Source: Patescibacteria group bacterium (GTDB taxonomy: Bacteria > Patescibacteriota > Doudnabacteria > UBA920 > 2-01-FULL-50-11). From it: DNA of 46,394 bases. Shown one piece after another: positions 7,278-17,182 of this stretch. The stretch covers positions 1 to 46,394 of the forward strand of contig JAMDAJ010000059.1 in assembly GCA_023485925.1 (NCBI GenBank). Direction: 5' to 3'. The notes under the pieces were generated by a model. It saw nothing but the letters and a program-made list of their open reading frames with translations, made no database searches and was not told the origin of the DNA. Positions within the stretch are counted from its first letter, which is position 1. Every line of letters starts with the position of its first letter. Position numbers and translations under genes: made by a program.

Positions 7278-9341
7278 ATGCGACTAACCGACTCAATTGA
7301 AACGCTCCCCGGGGTCGGGAAAGCTAATGCCAAGAAGCTTCACAAGCTTGGTATTTTTAATTTGAGCGATCTCGTCCGTCATTTCCCTTATCGCTACAAC
7401 GACCTTTCCGTCATCACCCCCATCGCCGAAACCTCCGTCGGTGGCGCCTATACGGTTCGCGCGAAGGTGAAATCGATAAAAAGTCGCCCCGGCTTCCGTT
7501 TTCGCCGAGGCCTTGCTAGAGCGCTCATCGAAGACGGCACGGGAGCACTGGCAGTGATCTGGTTCAACCAACCCTACCTAGCGAATACCCTAAAAGTCGG
7601 CGCCACCTACCTTTTCTCCGGCCAAATCTCCTTTTACCGCAGCCTGCAGATGCAAAATCCCGTCTGGGAGCTTGATAAACGCGTCACCGTGCACACCGGC
7701 CGCATCGTGCCCGTGTACCCTTTGACTTCAGGAATTTACCCCAAGTGGCTGCGGACGCTGTTGAAAACCGCACTCGATTCGCTCCCCAGATTCCCCGAAA
7801 CCTTGCCGAGCGGCATTCTAAAATCCCGCCGCCTGCTTTCCTACGATTCCGCCCTGCGCTCCATCCATTTCCCCAAATCACACAAAGAGCTGCAACTCGC
7901 CCGGAGGCGACTAAGTTTTGACGAACTTCTGCTCCACGAGCTGGCCGTGCTATCCCACCGCCTGCAGCTAAAAAAATTGCCGGCGCCGAAAATCCCTTTC
8001 GACCAGGATCTGATAAAACGGTTCGTCAGTACACTACCCTTCACGCTCACCAAATCGCAAAAACTCGCCGCCTGGCAAGTGCTGCAAGACCTTGAGTCCG
8101 GCCATCCGGCCAACCGACTGGTCGCGGGCGACGTGGGCAGCGGCAAAACCGTGGTCGCCGCCATTCCGACGCTGGAAATTCTGTCGCATGGATGGAACGT
8201 CGCTTTTATGGCGCCGACGGAAATTCTGGCCGAACAGCATTTCCGGACATTTTCCGCCTTGACTCTTTTTTCTAACCTCAAACTTGCGCTGCTGACCGCA
8301 AGCCAAGCCAAACTTCGGAAGAATAAAGCCGAGGAAAAGCTGACGAAAAAAACTCTGCTGGAAAAACTGGCCGCGACTACCGGCTGGGCGCTCTTCGGCA
8401 CTCACGCTTTGATCCAAAAAAACATCGATTTTAAAGATTTGGGTCTGGTGGTAGTCGATGAACAGCACCGTTTTGGCGTACAACAGCGAGCGGCGCTGCA
8501 AAACCGCACGCGCGAAGGAACCGTCCCGCATTTTTTGTCATTGACCGCAACGCCCATCCCCAGAACCCTCGCCCTCACGCTCTACGGCGACTTGGATGTT
8601 TCGGCGATACCGGAATTGCCTTTGGGCCGCAAACCCGTGACGACTCGCATCATCGAACCGGGAAACCGCAAGACCGTTTACGCCGAAATCGAAAAAGAAC
8701 TAGCATCCGGCCGGCAAGCGTTTTTTATCTGCCCGCTTATCGACCCCTCCGACAAGCTCGGCGCAAGATCCGCCACCGGACTGTACGAACTTCTTAAAAC
8801 CGTATTTAAATCCCGGCGGTTGGGGCTTTTACACGGCAAACTTTCCTCAAGCGAAAAAACTGCCGTTGTTTCGGCTTTTGGCGAAAAAAAGCTCGATATC
8901 CTAGTCTCCACCACGGTCGTCGAGGTCGGCGTGGATTTTCCCAACGCCACGGTCATGGCGATCGAGGGCGCGGAACGCTTTGGATTAGCCCAATTGCACC
9001 AGCTCCGCGGCCGGGTGGGCCGGTCCGATATGCAGTCTTATTGCTACCTTTTACCGCAAAATTTGGGCGCAAAAGCCAAGGAACGCCTGGAGGCGCTCTG
9101 TCAGCACCATAACGGCCTGGAACTTGCCGAAATCGATTTAAAACTGCGCGGCCCGGGCGAAACTTACGGCAATTTGCAGTCTGGCTATCCGCAATTCGAA
9201 CTGGCGAATATCTACGATCTGGAACTTTTGCAAGCCGCGCGCGAAGAGGCACAAGCGCTATTGGCTGACGATAAAAGCTTGCGCTCTCCCCTGTTTCAGG
9301 ATTTGATAGTACGATCCCGAAACAAAATCCATTTGGAATAG
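7278..9341 (+). CDS. recG: ATP-dependent DNA helicase RecG
   Basis: GDVGSGKT, MAPTEILAEQH, DEQHRFGV, TATPIPRTL, QLHQLRGRVGR; ATG at 7278 (the longer ORF overlaps the tRNA). Confidence 0.97.
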   Translation: MRLTDSIETLPGVGKANAKKLHKLGIFNLSDLVRHFPYRYNDLSVITPIAETSVGGAYTVRAKVKSIKSRPGFRFRRGLARALIEDGTGALAVIWFNQPYLANTLKVGATYLFSGQISFYRSLQMQNPVWELDKRVTVHTGRIVPVYPLTSGIYPKWLRTLLKTALDSLPRFPETLPSGILKSRRLLSYDSALRSIHFPKSHKELQLARRRLSFDELLLHELAVLSHRLQLKKLPAPKIPFDQDLIKRFVSTLPFTLTKSQKLAAWQVLQDLESGHPANRLVAGDVGSGKTVVAAIPTLEILSHGWNVAFMAPTEILAEQHFRTFSALTLFSNLKLALLTASQAKLRKNKAEEKLTKKTLLEKLAATTGWALFGTHALIQKNIDFKDLGLVVVDEQHRFGVQQRAALQNRTREGTVPHFLSLTATPIPRTLALTLYGDLDVSAIPELPLGRKPVTTRIIEPGNRKTVYAEIEKELASGRQAFFICPLIDPSDKLGARSATGLYELLKTVFKSRRLGLLHGKLSSSEKTAVVSAFGEKKLDILVSTTVVEVGVDFPNATVMAIEGAERFGLAQLHQLRGRVGRSDMQSYCYLLPQNLGAKAKERLEALCQHHNGLELAEIDLKLRGPGETYGNLQSGYPQFELANIYDLELLQAAREEAQALLADDKSLRSPLFQDLIVRSRNKIHLE

Positions 9342-9388
9342 ATTTGGACAGAACCGCCTCTGCGTTTGGGCTAGCGGCTTCCCGTTTG

Positions 9389-9418
9389 ACTTAAAATGTC
9401 CGGCCGGACATTTTAAGT
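9389..9418. repeat. Perfect 30-bp palindrome
   Basis: acttaaaatgtccgg|ccggacattttaagt. Confidence 0.9.
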
Positions 9419-9571
9419 ATATCTATTTTTTTTGACCGTCCCGAGCGTAAAAGACTTCCCAACACACTCAGGAATATGTGTGCCTCAATAGACTCGACGC
9501 GCCCCTCTGCTCCGGAGGCTTCGTTTTGCCTCCTCGCAATGACACTTAGAGAAACTTATACACAAGCTCAA

Positions 9572-9600
9572 TTGACAAAAACATTTTACAGGATTAAAAT
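9572..9600 (+). promoter_or_regulatory. Sigma70 promoter
   Basis: TTGACA-17bp-TAAAAT. Confidence 0.65.
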
Positions 9601-9668
9601 TGCGACAAAATCAGCAGGGGGATTTTGTTCACAAGTCATCTGGGATTTCGGTATGAAAGGGATTAACA

Positions 9669-10028
9669 GTGCAATTCCATGTTCACGGAGAAATGACAGT
9701 AATCTTGCTCAATGGCCGCGAACTTGGGACAATAGAGTCCCGTGGCCAATTGAACCAGTGGCTCGAAAACCAGAAGTTCCAAGAGGGTGTGAGGACGACT
9801 ATTCCGACCTCGACCAATCTGGACGACCCCAAGGCCTCTCGGGAATCTTGGTTGGTCGGAACCGGCCAGTACAAGCAAACAAAAAACCGGATGGGGATCT
9901 ACTACCTCGACGATGCGCGAATTGTTCTGATTCCGGTTTCAACGGTCGCGACCTTCCAGACCAACTCTCAACGACGGGCCCAGGCCACCGTACCCACACT
10001 CCAGTCCGCTCTCGCCATTACGGCCTGA
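9669..10028 (+). CDS. Hypothetical protein
   Basis: GTG start after aaaggga; consensus promoter upstream and hairpin plus T-tract downstream. Confidence 0.5.
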   Translation: MQFHVHGEMTVILLNGRELGTIESRGQLNQWLENQKFQEGVRTTIPTSTNLDDPKASRESWLVGTGQYKQTKNRMGIYYLDDARIVLIPVSTVATFQTNSQRRAQATVPTLQSALAITA

Positions 10029-10067
10029 ACGGCCACTCGTGCCGCCGCGCGAACCACATTTCAAAAC

Positions 10068-10097
10068 AGCCGGACGCTATCGCCTGGCTCTTTTTTT
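10068..10097 (+). terminator. Intrinsic terminator
   Basis: agccgg...ctggct followed by a T-tract. Confidence 0.45.
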
Positions 10098-10125
10098 AAC
10101 ACCCCCTCCCGCTTAACCCTCCATT

Positions 10126-10230
10126 TTCCCCTCCCAGGCTTGGGGAGGGTGCCCGAAGGGCGGGAGAGGTCGAACCGCTAAATTCCCCTCACCCGTCCGC
10201 TGGCCACCTTCCCCCTCAATGGGGAAAGGA
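10126..10230. repeat. REP-like paired-hairpin element (CCCTCCC..GGGAGGGTGCCCGAAGGGCGGG type)
   Basis: Two inverted GC-rich hairpin units between convergent genes. Confidence 0.6.
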
Positions 10231-10263
10231 GTATAGAATGCTACGAGAGAGGAGGACAAAAAT

Positions 10264-11622
10264 CTAGCCGATCAACTTCAACGCCTCGGATAAATCGTGC
10301 GCTGGGAGCAGTTTAAGCTTGCTTGCGGCAGTGGCGCTTGCGGCCGGGATAATCATTTTTTTAAATCCTAGTTTAGCCGCTTCTGTGATCCGCCGCTCAA
10401 GGTTCCCTACCATCCGTAATTCCCCGGTCAATCCCACCTCGCCAACCGCGATCAAATCGGCCGGCACCACGAAATCTTTGAGCGAGGACAAAATCGCGAA
10501 CGCCACGGCCAGATCGCAGGCCGTCTCGTTTATTTTAAAACCGCCGGCCACGCTCACAAAAATATCCTGGTCATAAATCTTGGCCGAAAGCCGTTTCTGC
10601 AACACCGCCGAAAGCAGCAACAGCCGGTTCAGATCATAACCCGTGGCGGTCCTTTTGGGATAATTAAATTGGCTCTTACTCGTCAACGCCTGGATCTCGA
10701 GTAGCAACGGTCGCGAACCCTCCATAGTGCAGGTTACCACGGCACCGGGTTGGCGCATGACGCGTTCGGCCAAAAAGGCCCGGGAGGGATTTTCTACGGC
10801 CACCAGCCCCTGGTTTTTCATCTCAAATACCCCCACTTCGTCCGTCCGGCCGAAACGGTTTTTAACGCAGCGAAGCAACCGATAAGCTAAGAAGCGGTCG
10901 CCTTCGAGGTACAACACCACGTCCACCATATGTTCGAGCAACCGTGGCCCGGCCAGATTCCCCTCTTTGGTGACGTGCCCGATGATGAGCGTGGCGATGT
11001 CTCGCTCTTTGGCAAACTCCATCAAGCGCATGGTGGCGGCGGAAACCTGGGCCACCCCGCCGGCCACGCCCGAAGCCGATTCCGAAAACATCGTCTGGAT
11101 GGAATCGATGACCAAAAATTTCGGCTTTTCCGCCTCGGCCGTCGCAAGCACGGCATCAAGATTGTTTTCGGAAACAGCCAGCATGCCAGAAAAATCGGAA
11201 CTTAAACGCTCAGCCCGAAGTTTTAATTGCGGCAGCGACTCTTCGCCCGAAACATACAAAGTTTTTATCCCCCGGCCCGATAATCCTAAGGCCAGCTGCA
11301 AGGTGAGCGTGGATTTGCCGATGCCCGGGTCGCCGCCCAAAAGTACCAAAGACCCCGGTACGATACCGGACGAAGCCTGCCCGCCGAAAATCTGGTCAAG
11401 CTCCGAAATTCCCGTTTCGTAGCGTCGCCCCGTGGGTGATGCGACCGCTGCTAGCGTTTCGGCTTTTATGGCTGACGCCTTCGCCGGACCTCCCGGACCG
11501 AAGGTGAGCCCTGCCGCTTGCTGAATGAGCGTATTCCAGGCGCCGCAAGAAAGACACCGCCCGGCCCATTTCGGGAACTGCGCATCACATTGACTGCAAA
11601 CGAATATAGTTTGGGGCTTCAT
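10264..11622 (-). CDS. radA: DNA repair protein RadA/Sms
   Basis: C4 zinc finger, GGDPGIGKST, KNRFG, Lon-like C-terminus. Confidence 0.97.
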   Translation of the reverse strand: MKPQTIFVCSQCDAQFPKWAGRCLSCGAWNTLIQQAAGLTFGPGGPAKASAIKAETLAAVASPTGRRYETGISELDQIFGGQASSGIVPGSLVLLGGDPGIGKSTLTLQLALGLSGRGIKTLYVSGEESLPQLKLRAERLSSDFSGMLAVSENNLDAVLATAEAEKPKFLVIDSIQTMFSESASGVAGGVAQVSAATMRLMEFAKERDIATLIIGHVTKEGNLAGPRLLEHMVDVVLYLEGDRFLAYRLLRCVKNRFGRTDEVGVFEMKNQGLVAVENPSRAFLAERVMRQPGAVVTCTMEGSRPLLLEIQALTSKSQFNYPKRTATGYDLNRLLLLSAVLQKRLSAKIYDQDIFVSVAGGFKINETACDLAVAFAILSSLKDFVVPADLIAVGEVGLTGELRMVGNLERRITEAAKLGFKKMIIPAASATAASKLKLLPAHDLSEALKLIG

Positions 11623-11629
11623 ACCCGCA

Positions 11630-11779
11630 AATTAAAATGTAAATATCATGTGAAAAATGACCCGTTCGATTCCGCCCAGGGTCATGGTGAGCGGGGTCGA
11701 ATCCATGACAATGCAAAATTAAAAATAGCCGTTTGCTTAGCAAACTCTTAAATTTTGCATTTTGATTTTTGAATTTTAA
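11630..11779. repeat. Heptad-repeat (AAAATGC/AAAATTC-like) tract containing a TTCGA...TCGAA palindromic insert (11661-11709)
   Basis: aatgcaaaatt...aattttgcattttgatttttgaatttt around cccgttcgattccgcccagggtcatggtgagcggggtcgaatccatgac. Confidence 0.55.
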
Positions 11780-11780
11780 A

Positions 11781-12878
11781 TTACTTGAGGTTCACCCGAT
11801 ACAAACTGTTGTCCTTGCCGTCGCGGAAAAAAAGCATCGAATTGCCGGAGTCAATTATTGGATCCCGGATATCGAAAGTCTTATCCTCGCCGCCGAGGTC
11901 AATTCTGGTCTTGGATTTGTCCGAAAGCCGGTAAAGGTACAAATCGTCTGCGGTGACCGAAGAAATCGTCGAATCATTGGCTGAAACCGACCGGGGCTTG
12001 CCGAAATAAAAGCCGTCGCTGGAATTTTCCCACACGACTTTGGAAAGCGCGGTGGGTAAATTAAGATTTTCGAAACTTTGATTTTCGAAATTGTAAAGCC
12101 AAAGTTCGGAAAGCTTCGTATCTGAACTGACGCGGGTGAAAAGCAGTTTGTTAGAGTCGGGAGAAAGCGCCACGTCCACATTCTGACCGCGATCCAGCAG
12201 CTCCGAGAGTTTCCCGCTATTCATATCCACCATTAAAATTTTATTGGTCCCGCCCTCCGACACGGCTTTTTTCAAAAGCGCGAATTTCCCATTGCCGGCA
12301 ACGCTGAGAGCATAAGCGCCGTCCAAATTGGCCACTGTTCGGTAATTTTCAGCTGTGACATTGCCAAGCTTAAGCTCCCAGTCGCCGTCGCCTCGCCGCC
12401 AAACGTAAAGGATCTGCTGACCATTGGGCATCCAGGCGACTTCCTGGATATTTGACGGCAGCGTCACGAAAGCCTGTTGAGCGGCGACGTACGACAAGTA
12501 ACTGCCAATGCCTTCTGGGGCCTTTGTCCAAACGATAAAATTATTGCCCACGCTTGGCCAGTAGACTTTCTGAATGGCCGGATTGGTGCCGGTCAAATTA
12601 AACTTCTGCTCACCGCCGCCTCCCAAGGCGTTCTGATAAAGCTGGCCGTCGCGGCCAAAATACCAAATGGAGGTTTGGTCTAAGGACAATACGGCGGAAA
12701 GCACCGGGGTTTGGGTTACTGAAAGCAACTTCGGCCCGCTTTCGCCGGCCAACCCTGTGTTTGCGGCATTCCCGCCCGGAGTGACGACAGTGTTGCTAGA
12801 ATCCAAAAAAAAGAAATAAACCACGACCCCGATAAGAATGGCGGCCAAAATGACTCCGAATAAAACATAGCGGCGCAT
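11781..12878 (-). CDS. Membrane-anchored TolB-like beta-propeller protein
   Basis: N-terminal TM helix; WMPNGQQILY, LSPDSNKLLF and WENSSDGFYF blades. Confidence 0.75.
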   Translation of the reverse strand: MRRYVLFGVILAAILIGVVVYFFFLDSSNTVVTPGGNAANTGLAGESGPKLLSVTQTPVLSAVLSLDQTSIWYFGRDGQLYQNALGGGGEQKFNLTGTNPAIQKVYWPSVGNNFIVWTKAPEGIGSYLSYVAAQQAFVTLPSNIQEVAWMPNGQQILYVWRRGDGDWELKLGNVTAENYRTVANLDGAYALSVAGNGKFALLKKAVSEGGTNKILMVDMNSGKLSELLDRGQNVDVALSPDSNKLLFTRVSSDTKLSELWLYNFENQSFENLNLPTALSKVVWENSSDGFYFGKPRSVSANDSTISSVTADDLYLYRLSDKSKTRIDLGGEDKTFDIRDPIIDSGNSMLFFRDGKDNSLYRVNLK

Positions 12879-12954
12879 GAGAGTTAGTTTAGATTTTTAA
12901 AAATATAAACTGATCCTTTATAATCCGCGCGATATTGCTTTTGTGATTCAATTC

Positions 12955-14088
12955 TCAAAAATTGACATGGATATTGCCGCCTGTGGCATTGGTCGGCATG
13001 CAAGCCGGAACGTATTCATCCAAGAAAGAGCGGACCGCGCCTGAAGTTTGCGCCGCCTGATAAAAAATCTGATAACAGGCGTCATGGCCGGGTAAAAGGT
13101 TAAAATCCACGCAAGTGCCGCTCTGAGACTTTTGCGGAGAATGGCAACTGGAAACGCTTGGTCCGCCGTTAACTTGGATGGAAGAAGAAATTTTTAGCGT
13201 ACACCCCGTGCTCCCGGCCAAACTGTTGAAGGTGTTTATAAAAGCCTGAATTTTAGGCGCTGCGCCTGGCGAAGCCAGACAAACGCCGTTATTGCTTGAG
13301 CAATCGTGTGTCGGCGTATAAGAAGTGATGTTCACACACGAGGAAAGTTCCTGACAACCCGCGGATTGCCCCGTCCCGAATGTTTGATTGCAATTCGTGC
13401 TCGAACCGCCGCTGGGACCCCCGGTGCCCCCCAAAGCGCCCAATTGTTTGCACAAGTCACCTAACCCCCCGATGTTAAAAGTTTTCGCCACCTTCACCGT
13501 CGCCTTGGTGACTATGCCGCCGGACTCGTTGCTGCATATTGCCAAAAAAGCGCCTAAAACAAAACCTATGATAACCAGAATGATCAAGATTCCAAGAATT
13601 ATCGCCGTAACAATCCAGCCCACCGGCGTGGCTTCCGTGGCCGCCGCCGCACCTGCCAAACCCTCTGCCGCCAACTTTCCGCCTTCTACAGCCGCGGCCT
13701 TTCCTAACTGTTTTCCTGCCAGTTTGGTAATTTTCTCCCCTGCTTTAAATGTTTTCCAAACTTTTCGAGCATTTTCCACGGTGCCTCCGCTAAGCTCGCC
13801 GGCACTCTTCAATTCATTGTAAGTCCTCCATATTTTTTGACCTCTCTGTGCACGGTCGTAGTAATCCATTCCTCTTCCAACCGCCCCCTTGTTTCCGCGC
13901 CCCCGAGCCGTCTCGACAGGGCCTTGAGTCACTCCAGCCGCCTCGTCAGGCAAATTATACATCCGCTCCAATTCATCTATTTCCGCCTGCCGATTTTGCT
14001 CCTGCTCCGCACGCCGCTGCCGCCGCAAAGCCGCCTCCTGACGCGCTTCCCTTTCGGCCTTTTCTTTTTCGTAACTTGAAACGGGCAT
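12955..14088 (-). CDS. Membrane protein with Cys-rich, peptidase M15-like C-terminal domain
   Basis: Charged N-terminus, TM helix, SSCH...GTCVD...GNIHV Zn-site-like motif; ATG at 14088. Confidence 0.6.
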   Translation of the reverse strand: MPVSSYEKEKAEREARQEAALRRQRRAEQEQNRQAEIDELERMYNLPDEAAGVTQGPVETARGRGNKGAVGRGMDYYDRAQRGQKIWRTYNELKSAGELSGGTVENARKVWKTFKAGEKITKLAGKQLGKAAAVEGGKLAAEGLAGAAAATEATPVGWIVTAIILGILIILVIIGFVLGAFLAICSNESGGIVTKATVKVAKTFNIGGLGDLCKQLGALGGTGGPSGGSSTNCNQTFGTGQSAGCQELSSCVNITSYTPTHDCSSNNGVCLASPGAAPKIQAFINTFNSLAGSTGCTLKISSSIQVNGGPSVSSCHSPQKSQSGTCVDFNLLPGHDACYQIFYQAAQTSGAVRSFLDEYVPACMPTNATGGNIHVNF

Positions 14089-14134
14089 AACAAAAATGCA
14101 AAACGGGAATATCAAAAATCAAAATGACACCCAA

Positions 14135-14220
14135 TGTCATCCTGACGGAAGTCAGGATCTAGAACATTTGAATAGTAACGAGTAATATCGAATGGATCCT
14201 GAATCAAGTTCAGGATGACA
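14135..14220. repeat. GTCAT...ATGAC double-hairpin element, copy 2
   Basis: tgtcatcctgacggaagtcaggatc...ggatcctgaatcaagttcaggatgaca. Confidence 0.8.
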
Positions 14221-14271
14221 AATAAATTCGACATTAATCATCGTTTAGAATAATTAGGTCAATTAGGATAA

Positions 14272-16353
14272 TTAGGAATTCGTTCCCAGTTGCTTCTTCG
14301 CCTCCTGGATTTCCAGCAGCTGCCGCGGGTCAGTGGTGATTATCTGGTCTTCCATATACGAGGCCACCACATGAACGGCCACGTGCTTAAGGCCGGCGAA
14401 AAACAACCCTTCGCCCTGCTGGGCTTCAAGCAGCAAATACCGCTCGCCTTCCGTCAGAAAAAAGACCTTGGATATAAGATCCATGGAAGCCGGAGATTGT
14501 TTAAGCAGAATCTGGATGGAAGAGTTGGTGACGATCGGCTCGCCGTAGGGGCTCTGCAAGAAATCGGTGACATCCTGGGTGATGGTAGTCACCCCCAAAT
14601 AATATTTTCGGGCGCGCTTGGCGATGGAAAACAGGAACCGTCCCGAATCCTCGTGCTGCATCATCCACCAGGCCTCGTCCACTACCAAAATGCGGCGCTT
14701 AAGCTCATTTCTGACCTCGTTCCAGATGTAATTTAAAATCGTGTGGATGGCGATGGGCCGCAGCGCATCTTCCAGATCGCGAACGGAAAACACCACCAGT
14801 TGGTTATTCATCTCAACGTTAGTGCGCTGATTGAACAAGCCGGCAAAAGTCCCGGCAGTGAATTTGGAAAGCCGGGCGGAAAGCGATTCCCCGCCCTCGA
14901 TGCCGCCCAAAATTTCCACCAAATCGTCCATTACCGGCGGCTCTTTGCCGGCAAAACCCAGCTCCGGCGTGATATCCTTTTTAGCGTAAGTCTCCCACAG
15001 CGCCCGGTCCATAATAGCTTCTTCGGTGGGATCGAGCTTGCCCAGCATGACGTTCATCAAACCCATAAGATTCACGATGGCGCTGCGCAAAATATCCTCG
15101 TCAGTCTCCCCTTCCACGACCCGAGGCAAATCGAAAGGGTTCACGCGGAACTCGGAATTGAGGCTAAGGTTCAAAAACGTCCCGCCGACGCTGTCACAGA
15201 GATGTTTGTATTCCAGCTCGGGGTCAATGACGATAACGGAAGTCCCAACCATCAGCGAACGCAAAATTTCCAATTTCACGGTGTAAGACTTGCCAGCCCC
15301 CGACTTGGCGAACACCACGGAATTGGCGTTCTCCATCTGGAACCGGTCAAAAAGTATCAAACTATTATTGTGCATATTGATTCCGTACAATATGCCGTCA
15401 TTGCTGGTGAGGTCGGAGGAAACGAACGGAAAAGTGGAAGATAACGGCTCGGTATTGAGATTGGCAGAAACCGCCAGCTCATCCTCGCCCAAAGGCAAAG
15501 TGGAATTAAAGCCCTGTTTGGACTGCAAAAACGCCTTCTTCACCACGATGAGTTTGGAAGAAAGCAATGTCTCCACGGCGGAAACGGACTTGTCCAGGGC
15601 GTCTTTGGATTTGGCGTACAGCGTAAAATACAGTGAGAATCGGAAATAGTGCTCAGTGCCTTGCATCAGACGGTCGCGCAGTTCTTCCACGTCACGGAAC
15701 GCGGTTTCCAGCATTGGGTCGCGCACGTTGCCTTTTTCCTGCTCCATGGTAATGGAGGATTGGATCTGTCCGACTTTCATCCGCAGCTTTTTGAGGATTT
15801 CGCCGGAATCCAGAGGGTAAATGAACATGGAAATATCCATCGGCAGATCCATATCGATTATGGGGGTCAGCCAGTTGGAAGAAAGGTAGCGTGGATAAGC
15901 GAGAACGAAAAGCGAACGGGCAAAAACCCCGGCGATCTCCAGCTCGTCGGGATTCACCTTCACCGCCGGCGGCGCGATAATGTCTTTAAGGGAAGTTAGG
16001 CCTTCGGCAAAACGCCTCTCCGCCTCCAATAATTCGTGCGCAACGCTCTTTGAGGGCTTGCCAACCAATGGAATTTTCCCTTCGTATCCAGAAAACAAAC
16101 GGCGCGGGGAAAAATTGGCAAAAGGTGAACTGTGCGAAATTTTAGGCGCGGAAGGTTTTGGCGGCGGCACCGGACGCGATTCTGGTTTTACGCTGCTCTC
16201 CGCCGCCGCGGGCGCCGGCGGCTCCTCGGACCGGGGAGGGGCCGGCGAAGCCGGAGAGACCGACTGGCCCATCGCCGGAACGTCCGCAAAAGGATCGTCG
16301 CTTCCTCCGGCAGGGGTATTGGAAAAAATTTTATCGACAGAAAATTTCGACAT
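14272..16353 (-). CDS. virB4: VirB4/TraC-like type IV secretion ATPase
   Basis: Walker A AKSGAGKS, VIDPE.EY, VVDEAW, KRARKY, ITQD; Pro-rich N-terminus. Confidence 0.9.
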   Translation of the reverse strand: MSKFSVDKIFSNTPAGGSDDPFADVPAMGQSVSPASPAPPRSEEPPAPAAAESSVKPESRPVPPPKPSAPKISHSSPFANFSPRRLFSGYEGKIPLVGKPSKSVAHELLEAERRFAEGLTSLKDIIAPPAVKVNPDELEIAGVFARSLFVLAYPRYLSSNWLTPIIDMDLPMDISMFIYPLDSGEILKKLRMKVGQIQSSITMEQEKGNVRDPMLETAFRDVEELRDRLMQGTEHYFRFSLYFTLYAKSKDALDKSVSAVETLLSSKLIVVKKAFLQSKQGFNSTLPLGEDELAVSANLNTEPLSSTFPFVSSDLTSNDGILYGINMHNNSLILFDRFQMENANSVVFAKSGAGKSYTVKLEILRSLMVGTSVIVIDPELEYKHLCDSVGGTFLNLSLNSEFRVNPFDLPRVVEGETDEDILRSAIVNLMGLMNVMLGKLDPTEEAIMDRALWETYAKKDITPELGFAGKEPPVMDDLVEILGGIEGGESLSARLSKFTAGTFAGLFNQRTNVEMNNQLVVFSVRDLEDALRPIAIHTILNYIWNEVRNELKRRILVVDEAWWMMQHEDSGRFLFSIAKRARKYYLGVTTITQDVTDFLQSPYGEPIVTNSSIQILLKQSPASMDLISKVFFLTEGERYLLLEAQQGEGLFFAGLKHVAVHVVASYMEDQIITTDPRQLLEIQEAKKQLGTNS

Positions 16354-16363
16354 GGTGTATGTG

Positions 16364-17041
16364 CTAGTTGTTTATCTGCAGATCTTCGACTTTCAAAATT
16401 TGAGTTTCCACATTGGACAAATTATAGGAGTGGAACAAAAGTTCAGTAAGCTCCTGGGAGTTAAGACGCATAATATGCAGACCCATTGAAGAAAGGCTGC
16501 TTTCGATATGCCCCACCCTTTCGTTAAGGACCCGCAACTCCTGCTGGAACTTTTCATGAGAGGAATAGATCTCTTTGCCGGGATTGAAGATGCTCGACAG
16601 TTTTTTTGCGAATCCCTGGGTGGAAACCAGACTTCCGGCGTAAGGCACGATAACGTAAAAGGTCTTACTCATGATATTGCCGAATTCCAACAGCTTCCCC
16701 ACGTACTCTATATACTCTTCCGTCTGAACGCGTAATAATTCGTTGGCCTGCTGCATTTCCTTCTCGCGGAGCTTACGCAAATAATTGCCGATATCCAACC
16801 GCCGGGAACGAACCAAGACCTGAATGGGAAAATCCAAAGCATTGAGGAAAGATTGATAACGGGCCAGGATGGCCTCCTGTTCTTCCGTCGACTTTAACAC
16901 GAAATTGGTGGAAGAAACCGCGACGACAGCGCGAAGTCCCCCGTCAGTGGTGACGATGGTATCGGCTTTTATTTCGGAGATCAATAAAAAACCTTGCGTG
17001 GTAGACGACGTTTTTTTTCCGCGTTGCATCTCAAAGGCCAT
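16364..17041 (-). CDS. TraC/VirB4 N-terminal-like T4SS accessory protein
   Basis: NF.LKS.EEQ.AI..YQ.FLN.LDFPIQ motif; located between prgI and virB4. Confidence 0.7.
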   Translation of the reverse strand: MAFEMQRGKKTSSTTQGFLLISEIKADTIVTTDGGLRAVVAVSSTNFVLKSTEEQEAILARYQSFLNALDFPIQVLVRSRRLDIGNYLRKLREKEMQQANELLRVQTEEYIEYVGKLLEFGNIMSKTFYVIVPYAGSLVSTQGFAKKLSSIFNPGKEIYSSHEKFQQELRVLNERVGHIESSLSSMGLHIMRLNSQELTELLFHSYNLSNVETQILKVEDLQINN

Positions 17042-17048
17042 AGCGATT

Positions 17049-17182
17049 TAAATCCTAAATTCTAAACTCTAAATCCTAAACGAATCTCAAATTCGAAATC
17101 ATAAATCGTAAACGTTTGGAGGTTTGTTAATTTAGACAATTTTGAAATTTGTTTAGAATTTCTAATTTATGATTTCGAATTT
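17049..17182. repeat. Gene-less heptad-repeat element related to the flanks of the four-helix-bundle gene
   Basis: 28-bp cctaaattctaaactctaaatcctaaac (17054-17081) is identical to 17648-17675; inverted ttta/gattt heptads at the right end. Confidence 0.8.

Noticed and set aside
9476..10099. 207-aa ORF
   Set aside because: Starts in repeat sequence and spans a consensus promoter; 9669-10028 is better supported.
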